Source: Callorhinchus milii (Eukaryota). Taken from it: a stretch of 64,000 nt of DNA. A program made the position numbers and the translations under genes. Positions 44,401 to 57,700 of this stretch are shown one piece after another (position 1 is the stretch's first letter; every line of letters begins with the position of its first letter). Below the pieces are notes generated by a model. It worked only from the letters and a program-made list of their open reading frames with translations. It had not been told where the DNA came from and ran no database searches. Location of the stretch: positions 66,712,001 through 66,776,000 of the forward strand of contig NW_024704746.1 in the NCBI RefSeq assembly GCF_018977255.1, read 5' to 3'.

Positions 44401-47400
44401 CCCCCACACTTCCTTTCCACCATACCATTGGCAGTCAGGCCTTCAGCATCTCTGCCCCCACACTCTGGAACTCTATCCCGCAATCCCTCCACCTCACCGC
44501 TTCAATTGGTTCTTCTTTGATCGTGCCTTCGACCGCCCTCCATTTCTCTCTCACCTTTAGTTCGATCTGACACCAGGCTCAGGATTTTTCCGGGCTGGGA
44601 ATCGATATTGAAGCAAACATCCTGTTGACTTTGGGCCAAGTGGATAATGAAATGTGGATCATTTTCAACTAGAAAGGAGCAAAAACTCACAGTTAGCATT
44701 GTTTCTTTTGAATAACATTGTCAGCGAAATGATCGCACTTTAAAAGAGCCGACACAGACATGATAGACCGGATGACTTTCTTCTGTGCTGCAAATTTCTA
44801 TGGATCTAAGGTCTGGACATGGGCCTTGAAGGAGGCAAGGGAGGGGGCAAGGTGGAGGGGCTCCAGGATGGAGTTCCGGAGGGTGGAACTTAATAATAAT
44901 AATAATAATAATCCTTGCATTTGATATAGCGCATTATCAGAATATACCGTAAGGTGAATTGACTGTATATCTTGTGGGCGAAACGCGGCAGCCAATTGGG
45001 CACAGCAGCGTCCCAAAAACAATCGTGGATTGCGTGACCAAATTGTTCCAGGTTGCTACTGACTGCGAGGTAAACAGAGGTGTGTGTGTGGAGTAAGAAA
45101 ACTTGCCTAAGGTTTCATCCCCTGGCAGGGAATAGAACTTGGGTCCTCTCGTTTACAAGGCGAGCGCTCTAACCACTGAGCTACAGAACTCCACCATGTG
45201 TTGATGGAATAAATAAGCCTGAAGTGAAAAACTTGGTAGAAGGTCTATGAGAGCATTACCTGATGTTACAGTAGAGGTGAGTTCAGGTGGAAGGGCTTCC
45301 TGGATCTGACCAAGTACCTCAGAGGAAGGGCTTTGTATGGGTGGAAGGGCCCAATCTGGTTTACTTGGTGGCGGAAGCTTCCTCCCAATACCAGAAGTCC
45401 CTGCAAAGGAAACGATAATAATAATTATTAATAATAATGATCCTTGCCTGTGACATTGCGCATCATCAGGTCGTCTGAAAGCACGTCCGCCGAAGGTGGA
45501 GTGGAGGGAACGAGGGACAAGCAGGAGTCCGGAGCCAGCCGAGCAGATCCTGCGGGCGGTGGAGTGGGGAGTAAGCAGGTCGGAGAGGTGCAAGGAGAGG
45601 TGAGAGGGAATACTGCTGTCTGAGCCAGGCTGATCACTAACCGGTACAGCAGCCGTTTCTGGTGTCTGTCGGAGAATCTGCCAGTAGCCTCTGGTTGGTC
45701 TGCTCACTCTGTACCAGCAGAGAAGTCATTGGGGTCACAAACTGGTGCTTCAGAGCCAGATTCAAGATCCTCTGAGTAATGTTCCTCTTCTGCATACCTG
45801 AGGTGGCCAACAACCTGTTGTGAAGTTTGCACAGATGCTGTTTAATACAACAATAATATTAACAATAATAATCCTTGCATTTGATACAGCGCCCTATCAC
45901 GTCGTCGAGACGACCCAAAGGGCTTCACAGAATATACTGTAAAGTGAGTTGACTGTGCATTTTGCACAGCAGACAATTGCGCACAGCGGCGTCCCCACAA
46001 ACAGCCGTGGATTGAGCGACCAAATTATTATTTTTTTTTGGATGGAGTGTTCTAACCAATTCGTCACAGGACACCAATAATAATATAATAATAATTCTTG
46101 CATTCAAAGTAGCGCCTTATCATGTCGTTGAGACATCTGAAAGTACTTTAGAGAATATACTGTAAAATACGGTGATTGTGTATTTTATGGGCATAGACAA
46201 TTTGCGGATGAAGAAAAATATACAAACCTTCCATGAAGAAAGGATACGTAATAAACCTACGCTTGGTTACTGACCTCTCTGCTAACAGCTGGTTGATGGT
46301 GAGGTATGCCCAGAGTTGCTTTGTAAAGTCTTTGAGAGCAAATTTCTGCTTGGCCAGAATGTCGTCCAGTTTATCTGTCGGGGAGTCTATTTCAAATCGC
46401 AGGTCGCTATTTGCCTGAAAAAGGGTAATAATAATAATAATAATAATAATCCTTGCATTTGATATAGCATCTTATCACGACTTGACTGCATATTTTGTGG
46501 ACAAAACCCATCAATCGACTAGCGACCAGGTTCCGACCTTGTCAAACACTTACTGCTAAGTAAACAGAGTGTTTGGTGTAGGCTGGCAAGAGCCAAGGCT
46601 GTGCGTTGGAAGTCTGACCAGCTAAAACCGCGTAGCTTGGAATTGAGAGAGCTGTCCGGCAAGCTTTCCCGCTGCCTGTCCAGCTAGGACCACCCTCCCC
46701 GTTGGGGCTTTGGCTTGCAGGGATGAGTGGGAGAACTCCCTGCCACCAGTGACTGGTCTGCCCTTGAAAGTCAAAACCAAAATGTGACCGAACTGTTCTA
46801 AAAGGGCCCCTTTCTGAATCACCTCCTCTCTCGTGTACTGAAAAATATCCCGTGAGACCGTTCAGCCGGACTCGACTGTACACTTTGCGTGGAAGCGCAT
46901 CAGAAAGTAGGTGGCAGGCATGGAATGCTCAGCTTGGTTAAGCGCGGTGATGGGTTTCCACGCTCATCAGACACCCGGCCGGGGCACAAAAAAAGGAAGG
47001 AATCTCACAGAGCAAGCTGTCACTATGCCGTGTAAGAGCGAAGGGTGATCGTCCGTCAGCTTTCCCGCCACAACCAGCTCGGAGCCACGGAAATACTTGT
47101 CAAACACGTTCTGTGTCACGTCGGTCACAAATGCCTCCTCGTATAAGATGTTGATTTTCTTCAGCAGAGGCGTTGCCACTTCTTCGTAGAAGTTCTGCAA
47201 ACCGGATGATAATAATAATAATAACAATAATAATAACAATAATAAACCTCTCATTCGATTCAGTGCCTTATCACGTCTTCGAGACGTTCTCAAAGCGCTT
47301 CGCAGAATATACTGTAAAGTGTGGCGACTGTGCCTTCTGTGGGCGAAACGCGGCAGCCAATTGCTCACAGCGATTTCCACAAACAATTATAGATTGAGGT

Positions 47401-48745
47401 GGGGGTTTTTTTTGAGGGATTATTTACCCCCGGAAAGCGATCCGAAAATCGACTCTAACAAGCGGGTTCCCACCTACAGTGGCGTTTCCACTTACAGTGG
47501 GTAAACAATGGCAATGAACTAGAGACTCATTGACGCGCGTGTAGGTTAGATTCATCTGAATAAAACACCCGAACGTTATCATGATGATAATCCTTGCATT
47601 TGATATCGCGCCTTGACACGTCATTCAGACGCCTCAAAGCGCTTCATAGGATTTACTGTAAAGTGAATTGACCGTGTATTTTGCGTGGTGAAACTCAGCA
47701 GCCGATTTTCGCACAGCAGCGTCCCCACGAACAGCCAAGGCAAACAGCCAGGAGACACTCCCTTGCTTTTTTGAGTAGTGCAATGGAATCTTTGACACCC
47801 ACTCGAACAGGGACAGTCAGGACAGGACTTTGGGTTAACTGCTCATCCAAAGAATAGCACCTCCAATAATGCAGCACACACACATACACATCCATCCACC
47901 CTCAACACTATGTCAGCCTGAGCTCCAAAGCCCTGATGTGAGGCTTGAACCCACAAGCTTTTGACTCCGAGGCAAGAATGCTACCAACTGAGCCACTCAG
48001 GCGAAAGGCAAATCCACTCGCCATCAGAGGCGTAACCAAACTTCCACTGACATTGGAGGGAGATGAGAGCGGAAGGCAGAGAGGAAAGAACTCAAGCTGT
48101 TACCATGAGTTGACTGGAAGCGTTCTGGTTTGCGTAAATGCGCCGGGCGAGTCCACGGTTTTCGAGCGCTATCCTCTCCAGGAAATCGTAGTCCACGTCG
48201 AAGCCAATTCCCAGGCAGAAGAGGGAGAAATCATCTTGCATGTTCTTCCTGACATTCCTCTGGATGTTGTTCAGCTTAATCTCGCCTTCATTTCAATGGC
48301 GTATTGGAAAGAGTTGGGGTTAATAATAATAATAATAATAATCCTTGCATTTGGTATGGCGCCTTATCACGTTATTGAGGCATCTCAAAGCGCTTCACAG
48401 GATATACTGTACAGTGAATTGACTCTGTATTTTGCGGGTGAAACGCGGCAGCCAATTGCGCACAGCAGCGTCCCCACAAACAGCCGTGGGGTGAGGGGCC
48501 AATTATATTTGGGGGGTTGTTGGCCAGGGACACCAGGAGAGAGAGAGAGAGAGAGAAAAACTCCCTTCTCTTTTCGAATAGTGCCGCGGGATCTTTAACG
48601 TCCGCCTGAACAGGCAGACGAGACCTCGGTTTAACGTCTCTGACAACGCAACGTACCCCCACCCCTGTTCTGCATTGGAAAATCAGCTTAGATGCAATTC
48701 CAACTCCTGACGTGAGAGCTTGAACCCATAATCTTCTGACTGAGA

Positions 48746-48782
<37 letters not shown>

Positions 48783-51700
48783 TACCAACTGAGCCAGGGC
48801 GGCAGCAAAGACCCAAAGTGCAGTTGAAACCTTACCCACAGTGGGATCGCCATCTGAAACCAGAACAATGAGCGATACGGATCGTTCATCCAGGTAACCA
48901 AGGTAATTGGCTTCCGTCAGGATGTGGATGGCTGTCAGGATGGCTTCGTTAATGTTTGTTCCTGTTTTTAGATTAAAAAACACAAAGAATGGGACAACGC
49001 AACCCAACAAGGAAGGCTCGCACACTCCATGTGAAACAGAGAGACGCTGTGCCAGTCAACACGGCGATGGGAAAGAGAAGCAACCGATACATCGCTACGG
49101 CGCACGAATAGGAGTAAAATAAGCCATTCACCCCGTTGAGTCTGTTTGTTTCAGCTGTATAATAATGATAATAATAATAATGATACGTGCATCTGATATA
49201 GCGCCTTATCATGTCTTCGAGACGTCCCAAAGAACTTCACGAATTATACTGTAAAGTGTCGTGACTGCATTTTGTAGCTCTGTGTATGGTTCCCTGTAAA
49301 TATGTTGGGTGGGTGGATGGATGGGTGTGTCGGTCAGTCAGTCAGTCAATAAATCAATGAATCAATGAACAAATGAATGGATGACGCACCACCGGAAGGT
49401 TGAATTCTCATGACGTAATCTTTGGCATCTTTGACATTAAAGGACGTGGCTGGAAGCAGCAGCTTGTTCCACACGCGCACGTTGTGGTTGAAGTCGATGA
49501 TGGTGAATTGGTCTTCGGGTCGCAGGTCGTCCAGGATTGTCTTCATGGCCTCAACCGTCTAGCGTGGAAAAACCCAGCCGTCTCATTAGATGTAGAGTTC
49601 CGTTCAAACCAATCCACCAATTGACTAACTAACAACCAGGTTCCTACTCACTGCCAGGTAAACAGAGGCGTGTGCGCGCGTGTGTGTGTGTGTGAGCGTG
49701 GAGTAAGGAAACTTGCCTGAGGTTTCGTCCTGCCCGGGAAATGAACCGAATCCTCTCGCTTGCAAGGCGAGCGCTCTCAGCACTATGCTAGAGGACTCCA
49801 CGCAAGGCTGGACAGTTACCACGCTATGCGTTGGGGATGACCGCCAGGATAGACTATGACCCGATGTGCAGGCCAGACACTCTCAGAAGGTTCATTGCAT
49901 TGCAATTCTCCACGAAAGCAACAAAAAGTAATGGATCATGTACAGCACTTAAAGGTGACATTTGAAGGAACATCTGTTTGCTAAATGTAACTGGAGCCAT
50001 TAGTGTCTCCTTGTTTGTTCATCCTTATACATGTTGGCGCAGCTTAGCAGGTTTAATATCCCATTAAGACTTCATTATTGTCCTAGCACTGTGTTTGTCA
50101 TTAGTGTTGCTCAATTACTGTCTCTTATCATTACTGCTCCATATGGCCCTTCTGCCGGCTCCTTTATTGAGATCCAAATGCTCATTCTTCTCGCTGAACT
50201 ATTCGTGGTGTCTCAGTGAGCTGTTCCACATAAATAAATACCAGAGCTGGCAACTTCAAATTGCAAACGGAAATCTAACGAGATCCGTAAACTGTACCGG
50301 GGATAAGGGAGTATTCCAGCAGTAAGTAGGAACCCGGGTGTTAGTCGATTGGCGGATCGCTTTTCCAGGGGTTATAATCCCTTTAAAAAATAATAATAAT
50401 AATAATAATTTGGTCACTCAATCCACGACTTTGTGGGACGCTGCTGTGCGCAATTTGGCTGGCGAGTTTCACCCACAAAATATACAGTCAGTTCACTTTA
50501 CAGTATATTCTGTGAAGCGCTTTCAGAAGTCTCGAAGACACGATAAGGCACTGTATCAAACGCAAGGATTATCGTGTTTATTAGTATGATTACTGTGCTG
50601 GAAGTTTAACGCATTCTGTGAACCATTGCACTGACGCGAGATTCTGTCTGCGGGTTCTATTTATCTATCTACCCACAAAGCACTTGCCGTCATTTTGCAC
50701 CATAAAACTGCACCTCTTCAGCCAATAATACTATATTACAATATTATGAAATAATCCTTTCGTGTCGTCTCAAAGCGCTTCACAGGATATAATGCAAAGT
50801 GGATTGACTGTGTATTTTGAGGGCGAAACGTGGCAACCAGTTTGCGCACAGCAGCGTCCCCACCAACAAACACAAACAGTGGAGTGAGTGACTGATTTGA
50901 CCCGGGGAGATTGTTGGGCAGGACACCGGGAGAGAGAAATTCCCTTCTCTGATTGGGCTTATGACGTGTGATGTTGCCCTTTTAGTGTGAAGCTCATGTC
51001 AGGGGGAATCGCTAATTGACTGTTGCACGTGAGGCTGTCAAAACATCTCCTGTTTGATGCCGTCCCCAACATTTAGCTGTCGGGAGAGAGAAGCTCACCT
51101 GCTTCATCTTAATCCCCCACATCGAACCGCTCACATCGATGACAAAGATGATGTTCTTAGGAAGCGGTGGCAGGTTACTCGGAGCAAAGAAGTGAACGAA
51201 ATGCCCATCAGCGATCTGCGGTCACAAAGGAAAACATTTCAGCACAAAATTTTAGAAGATGAGGCAAAAAGAAGTGCAGAGGCTGGAAAAATAGAAGTGG
51301 CCGGGAACACTCAGCAGGTCAGGCAGCATCTACGGAGAGAGGAAAGCGAGTTAACGTTTCAGGTTCTGACGGAAGGTCATCGACCGAAAACTTTAACTCA
51401 CTCTCCTCTCTCCATAGATGCTGCCTGACCCGCTGAGTGTTCCCAGCCACTTGCTTTGATTTCACCACAAAGTTGAACTAGTCTTCCCATAATAGTGAAA
51501 GGGACATTAATAACACTATTTGTTACTATTACTACATTTTACAGCGTCTCTCCCGTCTGGAGAACGTCTCAAAGCTCTTCACGGGATCTCATTCTAAAAA
51601 CAAAAAAACAACAAAAATTTACGCAGCACCTTTCACTTCGGAAGGACGTCCCAAGGCGCTCCCAAGTTGAGGGTTCGCACCCGAGCTGGGGGGTTGGAAT

Positions 51701-54700
51701 CAAGAGGGGTGGAGGAGGGTAGGGGGAGTGGGGGGGGGGGGGGGCTGGGAGGTTGGCCGAAGGACACGGTCAAAGAGGAAGGTCTTGAGATGGGCCTCGA
51801 AGTAGCTGAGTGAGAGAACGAGGTGGAGGGATTCAGGGTTGGAGTTCCAGAGGGTGAGGGAGAGAAAAACAAAGTGAAAGGGAATGTGAAATTCCACCTG
51901 CCTTGCGCACGGAAACGCAACCAGAAACCCGGCAGCCACATATTATTTTAAATAATGCCAATTGTGCAGTGTCTCGCAAACAGCGGCGGATTGACTGACC
52001 AAATTTATTATTATTTTTTTACGAAGGAATTTTTACCAACTACGCCAAGTTGACACAAAGGAGGACTTAGGAAGTTAGGGCAGGATATTTGCAAAAATGA
52101 CCTGGATACTTCCACCGTTCAGCTCCCGCTTCACATCGTATCTCACGACGATACTCCCGTCAATGGCTGAGTCGGAGCAGTTTGGACATTTTCTCTGTTG
52201 GTCTAAAGTGGGCTTGAAGGACACGTGAGCCTGAAAAACAAATTGGGCTTATTCAACAGACTGCAACTCAAACTGCAACAACAACAACAACAAATAATGT
52301 TAGTGAGATGTTGCTGTGAGTTGGAAACTCCAAACAGAGCCAGTTGTTCCCGCTTACCTTATGCTCCCCCTGAGTTACTTTAATGAGTCCGTCGAACTGT
52401 GTCCCAAGCATGTTTGGTGCCTCGATTGTTCTGATGCCTTCGGGTTCGTATATGTAGACATCAATCTGAGGAAAGGAAACACGTGGATTATCAAACCTCA
52501 AGGTTGATTTGATTTCCATTTCCTTCCATTAATTCTCCTCTCCTAAAGGCGGGTTGAATTGAAATGATGTTGGGTGCGGGCGTAGAGGTGTTCGTTCGTG
52601 AGGTAAGAACGAGGGTCTTCAAACAACGAGAACAAGATGATTTATACAGCGCCCTTCACACAGGACCGAGTCTCGGAGCGCTTAACAGTGGCGGAGCCTG
52701 ACCCCGAGCCAGGGGGAGGCAGGAGGCGACCGTAAGCACGGTCGAAGAGGAAGGTCTGATCTAAAAGAGGGGAAGGAGGGGGCAAGGTGGAGGGATTGGG
52801 GGAGAGCATTCCAGAGTTTCGGGGAGTAGAGGCGGCTGTCGATGGTGGAGGGGAGGAGGGGACAAGGGACAAGCAGGAGGCCGGAGCCATCTGAGTGGAG
52901 TCAGAAGGTAGTGCAGTGAGGAGAGAGGCGGTCAGAAAGGTAGGGAGGTGGCAGTGCATGAAGGGATTTGTCGTAAGTCAGTCTGTCTGCTTGTAGTTAG
53001 TCCGTTTGTCCAGCTTAAAACGCCGGATTGACAGTATGGGGGTAAATTTGCCATGAAATCACAATAGATTGGACGGGGCTTCAAATCTGCTAAGAAAGTT
53101 CGCAAACTCATCCGTTACGCAGGAGACATTCCCAGGCATACCTGGAGGTTCTTCACCAGGTTTCCAGGCCGGAGAACGGTGACTTGCTCGTAAAATCCGA
53201 GGTGCCGTTGCAAGAGCTCCTGGCAGTGAAGCTCGAAGGTGGTGATGCTCCCGGCAGGGACGTTCATCTCAGCTTTAAAGTTCTCCATGTCATACCCATT
53301 GGTCCTAAAATTGATAAGGCCGCAATAAGTACCAGTATTCCTCACACGTGATAGAGTGCCTTTCAGGAGGATGTCACAAAGCCCTTTGCTTTGTAATAAT
53401 AATAATAATAATAATAATAGTCCTTGGAAACTAAAGCAAGATGGGAAATAGAGGTACCAAAATTCACCAAAGGCACGGTTGAAAAGCTACCTTGCTTATA
53501 AAGGGTCTTCGAAGCAGGGAAAGCAAAGATAATAATATTAATCCTTGCATTTGATACAGCGCCGTATCACGCTGTCGAGACGTCTCAAAGCGCTTCACCG
53601 TGGATTGAGTGACTAAATTATTATTATTTTTTTTGGAAAGGATTATTACCCCCGGTAAAACAATCCGCCAATCGACTAACAAACAGTTTGCTCGGTAAAC
53701 AGAGGCGTGCGTGTGGAGTAAGGAAAGGTTTCACCCCTGCCGGGAATCGAACCTGGGTCCTCTCGCTTGTGAAGCGAGCGCTCTAACCACTGAGCTACAG
53801 GACTCCAGGACTGGACTGTAAGGTGAGGTTCTATCCACTACACCATCAGGAGTCTGCCCACCACATACTGCATTTTAGCCCCTCAGAAACCCACACTCGG
53901 ATGAAAATCAGAAGAAGAGAGCATTACCGAATAATACCTGCGGCCTTTCCTTCCCTTCGGGCGTCCATGTACAGTCTGCGAGCTGCGTTCTTTTCTTGCA
54001 CCGACCCAACAAATGTGATGTCGTTCACCATCCTGCGTGGGAGGCGTGAAAAGCTTGAATCAGTTCCTCAGTTTTATTTGTTTCATGGAATCTCGTATGG
54101 CAGAAGGAGGCCATTCGGCCCATCGCAATTGGGTGCCGTGTTCCGCTCACAAAATATACAGTCATCAACAACAACAACAACAAGATTACATTTGGATAGC
54201 GCCTTTCACGTCGGGAGGACGTCCCAAGGCGCTGATAGTCCATTTTATAGCATATGTAAAGCGCTTTGAGACGTCTCAATGACGTGATAAAGCGCTACAT
54301 CAAATGCAAGGGTTGTTATTAATATTATTTTATATCTCCGACCTCCCCTCTCTCCCCCCCCCCCTACCCCCCAAAAAAATTGCAAAATTGGCAGCCTACA
54401 AAAGATACAACAGGAATTAGCTTTGACGTTAAGAGGTTCTGCATCCAGAATAAGTTAACGTACACCAAATGTAAGTTCAGAAACCTGCTCAAGATGAGGA
54501 CACAAATTTGTCATTCTGTTTGGGTCAATTTCCCTTTGAAATGGACATTTTTTTTCTCTCCTGTTCACCTATTGGGTTGCGTAATGTCACCGCTAAATGG
54601 CAGAAAGCCCAGATAACAATATCCCGAGGATAATCATGTGAGGCAGTGTACATACCCTCCGGAATGCTAAAGGACCAGAGTCCAACTGTTTTCATGGAAA

Positions 54701-57700
54701 AGCCTTGCCTGACTCTGGGCATTGAAACGTACTCAAGCTCTTCAAAGAACACAGAGATAAGCTCTGAAAAATATCTCCCTCACAGGAATTCAAATGGCTT
54801 CAAAACTTTTTAAACTTAACTTGCGGATGTCGCCTTAACTGTCTGGGAGTGTCCGGGTTTATTCATATTATGAACAATAATAATCCTTGCATTTGATTAC
54901 AGCGCCTTTATCACGTCATTGAGACGTCCCTCAGCGCCTCACAGAATATACTGTAAAGTGGAGTGACTGTGTATTTGATGGGCGAAACACAGCAGTCAAT
55001 TGCGCACGGCAGCGTCCCACAAACAGTCGTGGATTGAGTGACTTTTTTTTTTTGGAGGGATTATTACCCCCGGAAAGCGATCGGCCAATCGACTAACAAT
55101 CCGACTTACTGCTGGGTAAACAGAGGGCGTGTGGAGTACGAAAACTTGCCGAGCGTTTCGTCCTTTCGCAAAGCGTTCTGCGACACTACCCTGGGTGAGG
55201 GGCACTATATAAATGCTGCTGTTGTTGTGGTTGTTGTTGTCCTGCTCGGGAATCGAACCCGGGTCCTCTCGCTTGTGGCAGATCCGTGGAGCGTCCCGAG
55301 ATGAAAAGGACACAGAAATGCTTTGAGAGACTCACATGGTGAAGTTGGTGATGTAGGCGGTTTTGGGGATCTGGACGCTAAACTGCAACGTCTGCGCTGA
55401 CGAGTCCTTGTTGACCACTTTGGTGCTAAACACCGTTTCGGCAAAACGGGAAGTAATGATGGTTCTGACTTTGTAACTGTCGATGATGATCGGGTCTTCC
55501 AAGGGTACCTGGGCGGAAAAACAAACGGACGCAGTTATTATTTCCCTGACTCCGTGATTGCAAAACAGCGAACTTCCTTGTTTTTTAAAAAGAAGATTCA
55601 TATTTCTGTTAGTATTTTAAACGCGACAGAGATTGGGATTTTTTTTTCAAACTGTCGCTCAATCCACGGCTGTTTGCGGGGGACGCTGCTGTGCGCCGTT
55701 GGCTGCCGCGTTTCGCCCACAAAATACACAGTCAATTAACTTTGCAGTATGTCCTGTGAAGCGCTTTGAAGACGTCTCAAAGACGCGATAATGCGCCTAT
55801 ATCAAATGCAAGGATTATTATTATAATAATAATAATAATATTCCTTACATTTGATATAGCGCTTTTCACATCGGGAGGACGTCCCAAAGTGCTTCACAGA
55901 ACACACTGTAAAGTGAATTGACCTTTTATTTGTCGGCGAACGCGGCAGCCAATTGCGCACAGCAATGTCCCACAAACAGTCGTAGATTGAAAATGACCAA
56001 TTTATTATTGTTTTTGGTTTTTGGAGGGATTATTATTAGGCTCTGTGTGGAGTAAGGAAACTTGCCCAAGGTTTCGCCCTCTGTCTGGAATTGAACTCAG
56101 GTCTCTCGCTTGCAAAGCGAGTGCTCTAACCACTGAGCTACAGGACTCCTTATAGGGCATTGAATTGGTGGAACAGGAAAGGGCGGTGGAATTTGCAAGG
56201 AAGCCTGAGATAGACGAGCGGAGGGGAGCGAGCAGTGGAATGAGATAAGAGGAGATCAGAACGATAGAGAGATTCGGAGGTGGGGAGGGGGGGGAGAAGG
56301 CACCTTTCAAGTCAGGAGGACGTCTCAAAGGGCTTCACGGAAAGTGCAGTGACTTTGGGTGAATACGGCAGCCAGCTGGCGAGGACCGGGATGATGTGTG
56401 CGGAGTTTGGTGCTGGTGAGGATGGGGTGGAGTCAGTCAATTGGTCAGTCAGTCGGTCAGTGACAATATTACCAGCAATCTTTGAGCTTCAAACCCCAGT
56501 CCCAGAAGCAAAAGGAAGTAACACAGCAGTGACCTGATGATCTGGAAGTCAACCATTTTTTAGGGCAAGAAGCCTTCTGGTCAGTGATACAAGTCTGGGG
56601 GGAGGGGGGGGGTGGAATCTGACATTGACCCATTTGGGGAAAACTGGTTCAAAGTGGCGCTCGGACATATTGTACCAACGGCCCATCACAGGATTTCGGT
56701 CAAGTTGAGGGAACCTAAAACTTGTGAAACTTCTGGGCCTAAGTCAATTTTTACAAAAGTTGAGAGAGAGTATGTGTGTGTGTGTGTGTGTGTGTGTCAG
56801 CAACCCGTGAGTCACGTAAACAGTACAGCATCGATCAGCAGATAATGGCTAAAATAGTCAGCAATTTTCAACCACTCAAGCAAAACACAAAGCTTTTTCC
56901 CACCTCCCCTGCTTTCTGCTTCTTTTCGTTGACTTGAAGGCTTCTCTGTGGAGATTTAAGAACAATAATAATAAGAGTAATAATCATAGAATTAATAATA
57001 ATACTTGCGTTTGATATCACGCCTCATCGCGTTGTCGAGACGTTCTCAAAGAGCTTCACAGAATACGCTGTAAAGTGTTTTATTGACCGTGTACTCTGTG
57101 GGCGACTGTGCTTGTGGGCTACAGTAGTATCCCATAGACAGTCGTGGATTGAGTGACCAAATTTTTTCGTTTTGTTTTAAGGGATTATTAAAGCGATCCG
57201 CCAATCGACTAGCAACCGGGTCCTACTTACTGCTGGGTAAACAGAGGCGTGGGTATAGAGTAAGGAAACTTGCCCAAGGTTTCGCCTGCTCCCGGGAATC
57301 GCGTCCTCTCACTTGCGAGGCTAACGGTCTAACCACTAAGCTACGGGACATGAAGAGAAACAACAGCTCACACTGTGTGACCCTGTGTACGGCCCGAACA
57401 CCGTTTCCACTGGGGGCTTGAAAGTTACCAATGGACGGGTGAAAAATAGTTTTCGCCTTCTCCAAGCCTTGGGAAACATCTTACATTTCACTCCAGTAAG
57501 CAGGGGCGATCAGACCGGTGTCCGATACACACGCAAACCCATCATCACCATGAGAACCAGACTGAGAGTTCCTCACACGTGTGCGTGCATGCGTCACCAA
57601 CACATGGAAATTTCTCCGTTGTGTCTGGAATCGAACGCGCTCAAAGCATGGCCGCCGAAGGCGGAGCAGAGGGGACGAGGGACGTGCAGGAGGCCGGAGT

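Noticed and set aside
47945-48598. 217-aa plus-strand ORF
   Set aside because: Antisense shadow of ITIH2 exon 12 flanked by SINE sequence
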